In this document: positions 1 to 7,430 of the stretch, piece after piece | Numbering within the stretch: position 1 is the first letter of the stretch | How the letters are laid out: each line of letters starts with the position of its first letter | Notes under the pieces: generated by a model | Told to the model about the DNA's origin: nothing | Seen by the model: the letters and a program-made list of their open reading frames with translations, nothing else | Databases searched by the model: none | Position numbers and translations under genes: made by a program | Assembly (NCBI RefSeq): GCF_009831105.1 | Contig: NZ_WUUQ01000001.1 | Location: 540,001 to 572,000 of the forward strand | DNA: 32,000 nt | Direction: 5' to 3' | Source of the DNA: Copranaerobaculum intestinale | GTDB lineage: Bacteria > Bacillota_I > Bacilli_A > Erysipelotrichales > Erysipelotrichaceae

Positions 1-170
1 GCGGCAGAGTACAGTTGAAAGTACGTGATGCGAGTGAACGCAAGCATGATTTCGATGAGATTGAGCTTGGCTTTACTTGTGAAGAAGCAAAGCAGGAATC
101 TTCACGGTGCCTGCGCTGTGATCATTTTGGCTTCGGCGTATTTAAAGGAGGAAGATCGACAAAATGGTAA
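1..170 (+). CDS. 3' end (last 56 codons) of an upstream gene, probably a NAD(P)H/Fe-S redox partner of the hydrogenase; partial at window edge
   Basis: Open frame in phase with nt 3, ending at TAA 168-170: ...DFDEIELGFTCEEAKQESSRCLRCDHFGFGVFKGGRSTKW*. The EEA..E..RCLxC segment resembles, from recall, the Fe-S motif of GltD/NfnB/SudA-type oxidoreductases. The stop overlaps the hydrogenase ATG (ATGGTAA). Confidence 0.45.
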   Translation, partial: GRVQLKVRDASERKHDFDEIELGFTCEEAKQESSRCLRCDHFGFGVFKGGRSTKW

Positions 171-1927
171 CCCTAACAATAGATCGAAAAGTGATAGAAG
201 CGGCAGAAGGAATGACGATTCTGGATGCGGCTCGATCAGCTGATATTGAAATTCCTCATTTGTGTTATTTAAAAGATTTGAACGAGATCGGTGCATGCCG
301 GGTCTGTATGGTAGAAATGGATGGTGCTTCCAAGCTTATCACCGCATGTAATACCATTGTACAGGACGGCATGGTGATTCACACCAATAGTCCCAAAGTA
401 CGGGAAACCCGCCGCACCAATGTTGAATTGATCTTATCGCAGCATGATTGTGAATGTGCGTGGTGTGTCCGCAGCGGAAACTGTGCCCTGCAAACGCTTG
501 CCAATGATTTGAATATCAATACGCTGCCCTATGAAAAGCAGGTAAAATACAGTCCCTGGAACAGATTTTTTCCGCTGATCCGCGAATCCAATAAGTGTAT
601 AAAGTGCATGCGCTGCATTCAGGTGTGCGATAAGATTCAGAATCTGCAGGTATGGGATGTGGCCGGCACCGGCTCACGTACGACCGTGAACGTGTCGCTG
701 AATCGCCGTATCGAAGAAGCGGACTGCTCCTTGTGCGGACAGTGTATTACGCATTGTCCGGTCGGTGCGCTTCATGAGCGTGACGATACGCAGAAAGTAT
801 TTCAGGCTTTGAAAGATCCTGATCAGATCACGGTGGTTCAAATGGCGCCGGCAGTGCGCGCTGCTTGGGGTGAGGAGTTGGGATTAAGCCGAGACGAAGC
901 AACGGTCGAACGCATGGCTGCGGCACTGCGGGCGATCGGCTTTGATTATGTATTCGATACTGATTTCGGGGCTGATCTAACCATCATGGAAGAAGGCAGT
1001 GAACTGCTGGAACGACTCAAAAAAGGAGATGCGAAAACATTGCCGATGTTTACCTCCTGCTGTCCGGGATGGATACGCTTTATGAAATCGCAGTTTCCGG
1101 AAATGGTATCCCATTTATCCACATCTAAATCACCGCATCAGATGTTCGGCGCGGTGGCAAAAACATATTTTGCGCAAATGCTGGGGGTTGACGCAAGCCG
1201 TATTTTTGTTGTTTCAATCATGCCATGTGTTGCCAAGAAGTCAGAATGTGATCTTCCGACCATGGATGATGTAGGTACCGGTAAGGATGTCAATGTCGTT
1301 CTCACGACGCGGGAACTGATTCGGATGCTGAGAGCGGATCATATCAATGTGCACCATCTGAAGGACGAAGCACTTGATTCACCGCTGGGAACCGCAACCG
1401 GGGCCGGCGTGATCTTTGGAGCGACCGGAGGTGTAATGGAGGCAGCCTTGCGAAGCGCCCATTATCTGGCTCTGCATGAAAATGCTCCGGCTGATGCTTT
1501 TAAAGCTGTTCGGGGCGGTAAAGGCTGGAAGGAATCAACCTTTCAGCTTGGTGATACCACTTTACGTACTGCAGTTGTGAGCGGTTTGGGTAATGCCCGC
1601 AAACTCATAGAGGCCTTAAAAAACCAAGAGGTTTCTTATGACTTTATCGAAGTTATGGCATGTCCGGGAGGCTGCGCTGGCGGCGGCGGTCAGCCTATTC
1701 ATGATGGTCAGGAGCTTGCGGAGGTACGTTCTGACACACTATACGATCTGGATCAACATGCAGCACTTCGCTATTCACATGAGAATCCATCTATTTTAAA
1801 GCTGTATGAGGATTTCTTTGGAGAACCGCTTTCGCCTTTGGCAGAAAAACTTCTTCATACGGATCACGAAGCATGGGAGATGCCGGGAAAACGCAGCTGC
1901 CTTGACCTTGATCATAAACTTCTATAA
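164..1927 (+). CDS. hydA: [FeFe]-hydrogenase, CpI-like M3 architecture (2Fe-2S domain, accessory 4Fe-4S clusters, H-cluster domain)
   Basis: 587-aa ORF with all three H-cluster signatures: TSCCPGW, MPCVAKKSE and EVMACPGGCAGGGGQP. The N-terminus has a plant-ferredoxin-like CxxxxC..C pattern and two CxxCxxCxxxCP ferredoxin motifs (CIKCMRCIQVCD, CSLCGQCITHCP). Confidence 0.95.
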   Translation: MVTLTIDRKVIEAAEGMTILDAARSADIEIPHLCYLKDLNEIGACRVCMVEMDGASKLITACNTIVQDGMVIHTNSPKVRETRRTNVELILSQHDCECAWCVRSGNCALQTLANDLNINTLPYEKQVKYSPWNRFFPLIRESNKCIKCMRCIQVCDKIQNLQVWDVAGTGSRTTVNVSLNRRIEEADCSLCGQCITHCPVGALHERDDTQKVFQALKDPDQITVVQMAPAVRAAWGEELGLSRDEATVERMAAALRAIGFDYVFDTDFGADLTIMEEGSELLERLKKGDAKTLPMFTSCCPGWIRFMKSQFPEMVSHLSTSKSPHQMFGAVAKTYFAQMLGVDASRIFVVSIMPCVAKKSECDLPTMDDVGTGKDVNVVLTTRELIRMLRADHINVHHLKDEALDSPLGTATGAGVIFGATGGVMEAALRSAHYLALHENAPADAFKAVRGGKGWKESTFQLGDTTLRTAVVSGLGNARKLIEALKNQEVSYDFIEVMACPGGCAGGGGQPIHDGQELAEVRSDTLYDLDQHAALRYSHENPSILKLYEDFFGEPLSPLAEKLLHTDHEAWEMPGKRSCLDLDHKLL

Positions 1928-2085
1928 AGAAAAAGGTAGGAATCGCTGCCTTTTGGTATGTTTTGTTTTTGCGGACGTAAAATAGAAATAGCCGGTCAAA
2001 TGGAATGACAGATATTTGGTTGCGTGGTATCTTGAGTATAGTTTCATTAGAAAGATTTGGTAAAAAAAGAAAGGATGATCTTAAT

Positions 2086-2403
2086 ATGGCTATTTTACAC
2101 CCTGATAAAAATGAATTTGATGCATTGGTAAAAGAAGAAGGCGTCCTGTTTGTCGATTTCTTCGCAGATTGGTGCGGTCCCTGCAAAATGTTGGCTCCGG
2201 AAATGGAAAAACTGGCGGCAGAGTTTGAAGGAAAGGCAAAGGTTGTGAAAATCAATGTCGACAAGCATGCGGACCTGGCTGCTGAATTCAAAGTTCAGTC
2301 CATTCCTGCATTATTTGTAATCAAGAATGGTAAAGTAGTAAGTCAGGATCTTGGCTATAAGCCTTACCCTGCCTTACAGAGCATGCTGTATCGCGTAATT
2401 TAA
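2086..2403 (+). CDS. trxA: Thioredoxin
   Basis: WCGPC active site and about 105 aa from ATG 2086, with AAAGGA about 10 nt upstream. The 2005 start of the longest ORF adds 27 residues and has no RBS. Confidence 0.9.
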   Translation: MAILHPDKNEFDALVKEEGVLFVDFFADWCGPCKMLAPEMEKLAAEFEGKAKVVKINVDKHADLAAEFKVQSIPALFVIKNGKVVSQDLGYKPYPALQSMLYRVI

Positions 2404-2461
2404 AAAAGAGGCGGTACCTTAAGACAGTTAATACTGTCGGGAGGGTAATCCCTCTTTTTTT
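2402..2461 (+). terminator. Rho-independent terminator after trxA
   Basis: AAAAAAGAGG (2402-2411) is the exact reverse complement of CCTCTTTTTT (2451-2460). Inner hairpins GACAG/CTGTC and GAGGG-TAAT-CCCTC are followed by a T-run. Confidence 0.7.
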
Positions 2462-2473
2462 ATCAATCCCTAG

Positions 2474-2502
2474 TTTATATAATCAAAGCTTTATGATATA
2501 AT
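2474..2502 (+). promoter_or_regulatory. Sigma-A-type promoter for the leader and GNAT-like gene
   Basis: -35 TTTATA (2474-2479), 17-nt spacer, extended -10 TGaTATAAT (2494-2502). Confidence 0.45.
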
Positions 2503-2531
2503 GAATTCACACATAAAGGCAGGTGGTTACG

Positions 2532-2600
2532 ATGAAAAATACTAATAAGAAAAGTTATCAGGAAAATCGTAATCACTGTTCTTCTTTGCATATTCAGTGA
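2532..2600 (+). CDS. Candidate 22-aa leader peptide (MKNTNKKSYQENRNHCSSLHIQ)
   Basis: ATG 2532 is preceded by AGGTGG (2521-2526). The stop TGA 2598-2600 lies 7 nt before the terminator stem. The ORF is too short to appear in the ORF track. Confidence 0.35.
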   Translation: MKNTNKKSYQENRNHCSSLHIQ

Positions 2601-2607
2601 TGAACGT

Positions 2608-2630
2608 AACCTCCTGCGGGAGGTTTTTTT
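2608..2630 (+). terminator. Intrinsic terminator/attenuator between the leader ORF and the downstream gene
   Basis: AACCTCC (2608-2614), TGCG loop, GGAGGTT (2619-2625), then a T-run to 2630. It lies between the promoter and the RBS/ATG (2636-2650) of the next gene. Confidence 0.7.
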
Positions 2631-2647
2631 ATGAAAGGAGACCCTTT

Positions 2648-3481
2648 ATGCGGAGTCTAATGGAATTTGCATCAGCAATCGCTTTGCCGAATGAGGCATG
2701 GCAGTGTATTCAGGCGTATCAATTTTCAGCAGCTGAAAAACAACGTCTTCATCATCTTTTTTATCATCACCGTGAATCGTTTTTTCAATATATTGAACAG
2801 CGTGATGATGCCGGTTCAATATGCATGGCACTCTATTTGGAATTTTTCTATGAGCGTTATCGGCGAATGAATGCTGAGGATGCGGAAATTCTTTTGAACG
2901 GCGCTCAGGATTTAACGTTGTGGGTAAAGCTCAACTATCATTACTTTCAGGTGTGGGGTATTATTTGGGGCATGTGGCGTTTCCTCGATCGGATCATCGA
3001 TGGCAGGATTGTCCGTCTTGGCTGTCTCGAGTTTGAGGTAAAAGGGATTGATAAAACAATAGATAGCGAAGAAATATATTTGTTAAAAGGCCGCTCTCTT
3101 ATCATCAATATCCATATTCCGGAACAGGAACATTTGGAGCTTTCAAAATGCACAGCAGCACTTAAGCAAGCAGCAGCTTATTTTCATCCTATTCCGCCGA
3201 TCTTTTATTGTGATTCCTGGCTAATGGCCCCGGTGCTTCAGAAGCTGTTGCCGGCTGATAGTCGGATCGTTCAGTTTCAGAAACTTTTTACGATCCTTGA
3301 GACCGATGCAGAGAATCGACAGATGGAGGAACGTATATTTGATGACATTATGGACGATCCCAACGATTATGAAGAAATGACAAGCTTACAGCGAAGCGCG
3401 AAAGCGCATCTGGTAAACGGAGGAAAGCTTGGTACCGGTATTGGTATTCTTACCAAATACTACTTTGAACAGCGTCTTTAA
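2648..3481 (+). CDS. Uncharacterised acyltransferase-like protein (N-acyltransferase N-terminal domain plus GNAT-like C-terminal domain family, formerly DUF5596-type)
   Basis: 277 aa from ATG 2648, with AGGAG 7 nt upstream. Motifs RLGCLEFE, INIHIP and FYCDSWLMAP match my recollection of the NAT_N/GNAT_C family. The longer 2597 GTG start would read through the terminator. Confidence 0.5.
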   Translation: MRSLMEFASAIALPNEAWQCIQAYQFSAAEKQRLHHLFYHHRESFFQYIEQRDDAGSICMALYLEFFYERYRRMNAEDAEILLNGAQDLTLWVKLNYHYFQVWGIIWGMWRFLDRIIDGRIVRLGCLEFEVKGIDKTIDSEEIYLLKGRSLIINIHIPEQEHLELSKCTAALKQAAAYFHPIPPIFYCDSWLMAPVLQKLLPADSRIVQFQKLFTILETDAENRQMEERIFDDIMDDPNDYEEMTSLQRSAKAHLVNGGKLGTGIGILTKYYFEQRL

Positions 3482-3493
3482 AGATGAATTTAT

Positions 3494-3526
3494 AGCAGGC
3501 AGCTCTTATGGACTGCCTGCTTATGT
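3494..3526 (+). terminator. Hairpin terminator after the GNAT-like gene
   Basis: 9-bp stem AGCAGGCAG (3494-3502) / CTGCCTGCT (3513-3521). The U-tract is poor (TATGTT). Confidence 0.45.
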
Positions 3527-3576
3527 TCATGCGACGCTAGGCAGCATTCAGTGAAGCTATTTCAAACAGTTATCGT

Positions 3577-3604
3577 TTGCCATATCATATAGACGTGGTA
3601 GAAT
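3577..3604 (+). promoter_or_regulatory. Promoter of the DUF975 gene
   Basis: -35 TTGCCA (3577-3582), 16-nt spacer, extended -10 TGgTAGAAT (3596-3604). Confidence 0.4.
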
Positions 3605-3635
3605 AGATATGCTGTAGTAGCAGGAGGTTTTATTT

Positions 3636-4430
3636 ATGTGGACAAGAAGCGAGCTAAAAGAACGGGGCAAGGCGAGTTTTCGCAAGTTCTATGCGGGTGC
3701 AGTCATATCCTGTTTATTAATTGGTATGGTTACGTTTGTCGTTGAATTCAGAGATATGCAGAATCAGGATCAAGCTGCTGATTCATATATAACAGAGATT
3801 CAAAATGCGGACGATATTGAGGATTATCAGAAAATAGCTGAGAAAGTGAATCCCGGAAGTACCTATTCAATCGCTTCCAGAATGGTAAGCGATCATTCTT
3901 TTCTGATGATCGGTGTATTGATTATGCTGGCTAATCTGATGGTTCTGAATCCGCTCCATGTAGGTGTGCGTCATTATTTCATGCGGAATCGAAGTGAATC
4001 AACAAGACTGGGAGCAATTTTCTACGGATTTAAGGGTTCTCGGTATTTTCATATTTGCTGGGTAATGTTTCTCAGAGATTTGTATACTGCGTTATGGTCG
4101 CTGCTGTTTGTGATTCCCGGTATCGTCAAGGGTTACGAATACCGGATGATACCGTATATTCTGGCTGAAAACAGCGAGCTTTCCACAAGCCGTACTTTTG
4201 CCATCAGCAAATCAATGATGAAACATAATAAATGGGCCACCTTCATCCTGGATTTATCCTATATTTTGTGGGTTATCGCAGATACCTTTACGTTTGGATT
4301 GATCGGTATTTTCTGGCTCTCTCCTTATGTGATCGCAACTGAATCAGAGCTGTACGCGGTGCTGAGAGGTAATGTGCTGGATGATGCCATGGCGGAGGCT
4401 TATGAGCTGCACGGCTTCTATGCATCATAA
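3636..4430 (+). CDS. DUF975-family integral membrane protein
   Basis: 264 aa with AGGAGG RBS. The N-terminal W.R.ELKERGKASFRK.Y motif is followed by several hydrophobic helices, as I recall for DUF975. Confidence 0.6.
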   Translation: MWTRSELKERGKASFRKFYAGAVISCLLIGMVTFVVEFRDMQNQDQAADSYITEIQNADDIEDYQKIAEKVNPGSTYSIASRMVSDHSFLMIGVLIMLANLMVLNPLHVGVRHYFMRNRSESTRLGAIFYGFKGSRYFHICWVMFLRDLYTALWSLLFVIPGIVKGYEYRMIPYILAENSELSTSRTFAISKSMMKHNKWATFILDLSYILWVIADTFTFGLIGIFWLSPYVIATESELYAVLRGNVLDDAMAEAYELHGFYAS

Positions 4431-4457
4431 AAGCTGACACATAACTGTCAGCTTTTT
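4429..4457. terminator. Bidirectional terminator between convergent genes
   Basis: GCTGACA (4433-4439) / TGTCAGC (4446-4452) with a 6-nt loop, flanked by an A-run on the 5' side and a T-run on the 3' side. It overlaps the last codons of the minus-strand gene. Confidence 0.7.
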
Positions 4458-5269
4458 TCTTTTTTATGGGAGCAGGATAAGGCGAGGGTTGCCAGAAATC
4501 CAAGTGTCATGAATAGGATGGAGGGAATCATGACGGAAGCTTGTAAATGCTGCGGGGATGGGAGCAGCTCATATAACGATCCGGCAACGAAACCAATTAT
4601 CAGCAAATATGTTTTTGTAGGATAGTTTTCTAAGAAATATCGGATTACTTTTGCGCTGGCGAAAGTTCCAAAAACAATCCCCAATCCCACGGGCAAAAGA
4701 AATAGCATATCCATGTTCTGAATGGCTGTGAGTGTGGATTGGTACATGCCCAGCACCAGTAATAGAAATGAAGCGCTGATCCCAGGCAGAACGAGAGCCA
4801 CCGCGATGACAATACCGCAGATAAACAGCAGGGCAAAGGTTATCCATGAAAATGAATCACCAGCAAAGAACAACGCCGGAGGTGTGCTGGCAGTGAGCAG
4901 CACCAAAATGATACCTACAATCAAATATGACCAGTCGAAGCTTTGGTGATGCATGCTTCGGCTTTTTTTTATCAAAGCGGGCAGTCCGCCGAGAATAATG
5001 CCGATGAATAAAAATTGCATTGTGATTTCATAGCTTTTCAATAGGCTGGAAACAAGTGAGCTTAGCAGCAGGATGCCGGTGACAGCACCCAAACCCAGTT
5101 CAATAAAGGGAACCAGATATTTTTTCCAGTCTTGCAGAAAATCGCTGATACCATTGATCATAAGATCGTATACACCCAGCAGGATTGCCATCGTCCCGCC
5201 GCTTACACCGGGAATCAGTGTAGCCACACCGATCGCGGCGCCTTTCATAAATAGGATGATATGGGGCAT
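4448..5269 (-). CDS. DUF368-family membrane protein (PopT-type undecaprenyl-phosphate translocase family)
   Basis: 273 aa and polytopic. The N-terminal GAAIGVATLIPGVSGGTMAILLGVYD is the DUF368 signature. AAGGAG RBS upstream. Confidence 0.75.
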   Translation of the reverse strand: MPHIILFMKGAAIGVATLIPGVSGGTMAILLGVYDLMINGISDFLQDWKKYLVPFIELGLGAVTGILLLSSLVSSLLKSYEITMQFLFIGIILGGLPALIKKSRSMHHQSFDWSYLIVGIILVLLTASTPPALFFAGDSFSWITFALLFICGIVIAVALVLPGISASFLLLVLGMYQSTLTAIQNMDMLFLLPVGLGIVFGTFASAKVIRYFLENYPTKTYLLIIGFVAGSLYELLPSPQHLQASVMIPSILFMTLGFLATLALSCSHKKEKS

Positions 5270-5396
5270 ATGAACACTCCTTTACCTTATCGTATTCCCC
5301 ATTTTAGGCAAAATATGAATATCTCGTCAATGATGTTTACAAAAACTTAACAATTCTTGTGTATCCCCTATGTGTGATTTTATTTCCCGGGTAATC

Positions 5397-5413
5397 TTTA
5401 CACCGTCTTTATG
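5397..5413 (+). promoter_or_regulatory. Candidate KdpE operator (direct repeat TTTACA-N5-TTTATG)
   Basis: Two T-rich hexamers in 11-bp register, about 43-59 bp upstream of the -10 element. The E. coli KdpE site is TTTATA-N5-TTTACA at a comparable position. Confidence 0.4.
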
Positions 5414-5452
5414 CGGAAGCATCGAAGCTTAACACCGTATTTGTATCGGAAC

Positions 5453-5461
5453 TGCTATAAT
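5453..5461 (+). promoter_or_regulatory. Extended -10 element of the kdp promoter
   Basis: TGcTATAAT with no good -35, consistent with an activator-dependent promoter. Confidence 0.45.
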
Positions 5462-5491
5462 GACCCTGCCTAAAGAGAAAGGGTGGATAGT

Positions 5492-5587
5492 ATGACGCTT
5501 GATTTCATGATGATTTTGAGTTTGCTGATGGGATTTGGTTTGCTGGGACTTTTTGTATTCTGGTGTGATAAGCAGATACATAAATGA
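5492..5587 (+). CDS. Candidate 31-aa single-pass hydrophobic peptide upstream of kdpF
   Basis: MTLDFMMILSLLMGFGLLGLFVFWCDKQIHK, with a GGGTGG RBS-like element 5 nt upstream. It lies in the kdp 5' region and is too short for the ORF track. Confidence 0.35.
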   Translation: MTLDFMMILSLLMGFGLLGLFVFWCDKQIHK

Positions 5588-5599
5588 TTAGGAGGATGA

Positions 5600-5680
5600 A
5601 TGATGTGGCTTTTATGGCTTGTGATTGCCGCGGTTATCGCATATCTGGTATATGCTTTGATAAACCCGGAAAAGTTTTAG
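5600..5680 (+). CDS. kdpF: KdpF, small subunit of the Kdp K+-ATPase
   Basis: MMWLLWLVIAAVIAYLVYALINPEKF. The C-terminal YLVYALI.PEKF matches the KdpF consensus (E. coli ...YLVYALINAEAF). A GGAGG RBS precedes it and kdpA follows immediately. Confidence 0.75.
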   Translation: MMWLLWLVIAAVIAYLVYALINPEKF

Positions 5681-5696
5681 GAAAGGGTGAAAAAAG

Positions 5697-7415
5697 ATGT
5701 TACAGATAGGATTGACATTGGGATTATTCTTGATATTGGTTATCCCGGTTGGAAAATATATGTATCATGTCGCTGTGAAGCAGAGAACGTTTGCGGATCC
5801 GGTGTGTGATCGTGTCGATCATTTCTTGTTTCGTATACTGCATATTGATATTCGTGAAATGAACTGGAAGAAATATGCGTTAACCCTGCTGCTGGTAAAT
5901 GCGGTAATGGTGCTGATCGGATATGTTATACTTCGGCTTCAGGGAATATTGTTTCTGAATCCGAATAAAGCAGGAGGTATGGAGTCAAGTCTTTCGCTCA
6001 ATACGATTATCTCTTTTATGACCAATACCAATCTCCAGCATTATGCCGGGGAAAGCGGTTTGTCCTATTTCTCTCAGATGGCAGTGATTATCTTCATGAT
6101 GTTCACTTCTGCCGCAAGCGGATATTCTGCCTGCATGGCAATGGTAAGAGGGCTGTCAGGACGTTCCATGGGTAATTTTTATGAAGATATGATCCGATGC
6201 ATCACGCGTATCTTAATTCCGGCTGCATTTGTCGTCGGGCTGATACTCGTTTCACAGGGAGTGCCTCAGACACTGAAGGGTCCGGTAACCGCGTATACGA
6301 TTGAAGGGAAGATGCAGGATATCGCAAGAGGACCTATCGCGGCCTTGGAATCAATTAAACATTTAGGAACAAACGGAGGTGGATTCACCGGTGCTAACTC
6401 AGCAAATCCCCTGGAGAATCCCAATATCCTCACCAATATAACGGAACTGTTGTCAATGATGATTCTTCCGGGGGCATGTGTGGTAACCTTCGGACATATG
6501 CTTCATGAACAGCATCGTCTGAAACAAGCAGCTGAATTAAAAAAGGAAAAATCCAAAAAAATCCTGATGGGATCACATGGAAGAACGATTTTTCTTGCCA
6601 TGAGTATTCTGTTTTTGATCGGACTTGGAATCTGCTTCTACGCGGAATCCAAGGGTAATCCGGTACTTAGCCGGCTGGGAATTGTTCAGACCGGAAATAT
6701 GGAAGGCAAAGAGGTGCGGTTCGGTATTGCCCAGTCTTCGCTGTTTACTTCGGTCACGACGTCTTTCACCACCGGTACAGTAAACAATATGCATGATTCA
6801 CTTACGCCGATTGGCGGTTTCATACCAATGCTGAACATGATGCTGAATGTAGTGTTCGGCGGGATTGGAGTCGGCTTGATGAATATGCTGATATATGCGG
6901 TACTTGCGGTTTTTCTATGTGGTTTGATGATTGGAAGGACTCCGGAATATCTAGGCAAAAAGATTGAAGGTAAGGAAATGAAACTGGCGGCGCTTTCAAT
7001 CATTATTCATCCGCTGCTGATTTTGGGTTTCACCAGCGTGGCCGTCATCTGTCAGGCAGGCTTAGCTGGTATTACCAATCCAGGTTTTCATGGCCTCAGC
7101 CAAATTCTCTATGAATTTGCCTCATCCGCGGCAAACAACGGTTCCGGCTTTGAGGGACTTGCGGATAATACGATGTTTTGGAACTTGATGACCGGTACGG
7201 TAATGTTCTTCGGCCGTTATTTATCCATTATCATCCAATTGGCAATAGCGGGTTCTCTGCTGCGGAAACGTGCTGTTAATACAACTGCCGGCACACTGAG
7301 AACGGATACGGGTACCTTCAGTATAACGCTGGTTGTCGTAGTGCTTATTTTTGCGGCGCTGACCTTCCTGCCGGTTCTGGCACTCGGTCCGGTCGCAGAG
7401 CTTCTGACACTTTAG
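5697..7415 (+). CDS. kdpA: Potassium-transporting ATPase subunit KdpA
   Basis: 572-aa polytopic protein at the head of the kdpABC order, with typical KdpA length and N-terminus. Confidence 0.92.
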   Translation: MLQIGLTLGLFLILVIPVGKYMYHVAVKQRTFADPVCDRVDHFLFRILHIDIREMNWKKYALTLLLVNAVMVLIGYVILRLQGILFLNPNKAGGMESSLSLNTIISFMTNTNLQHYAGESGLSYFSQMAVIIFMMFTSAASGYSACMAMVRGLSGRSMGNFYEDMIRCITRILIPAAFVVGLILVSQGVPQTLKGPVTAYTIEGKMQDIARGPIAALESIKHLGTNGGGFTGANSANPLENPNILTNITELLSMMILPGACVVTFGHMLHEQHRLKQAAELKKEKSKKILMGSHGRTIFLAMSILFLIGLGICFYAESKGNPVLSRLGIVQTGNMEGKEVRFGIAQSSLFTSVTTSFTTGTVNNMHDSLTPIGGFIPMLNMMLNVVFGGIGVGLMNMLIYAVLAVFLCGLMIGRTPEYLGKKIEGKEMKLAALSIIIHPLLILGFTSVAVICQAGLAGITNPGFHGLSQILYEFASSAANNGSGFEGLADNTMFWNLMTGTVMFFGRYLSIIIQLAIAGSLLRKRAVNTTAGTLRTDTGTFSITLVVVVLIFAALTFLPVLALGPVAELLTL

Positions 7416-7430
7416 AAAGGGGAAAGAAAC

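Noticed and set aside
1932-1954. A terminator after hydA (AAGGTAG...CTGCCTT followed by TTTT).
   Set aside because: The stem is short and has a mismatch. It is too weak to list as a feature, so hydA and trxA may be co-transcribed.
1791-2291. A 166-aa minus-strand ORF overlapping the end of hydA and trxA.
   Set aside because: It is antisense to two motif-verified genes and has no RBS or recognisable motifs.
2597-2647. The longer GTG 2597 start for the GNAT-like gene given by the ORF track.
   Set aside because: The extension would be translated through an intrinsic terminator and has no RBS. ATG 2648 has AGGAG at ideal spacing.
5281-5491. A possible c-di-AMP (ydaO/kimA-type) riboswitch in the kdp leader.
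   Set aside because: I could not see the pseudo-two-fold ACGGGGA-type conserved cores or an expression-platform terminator. The predicted 5' UTR from the TGcTATAAT promoter is only about 25 nt. An Infernal scan is needed for a definitive answer.
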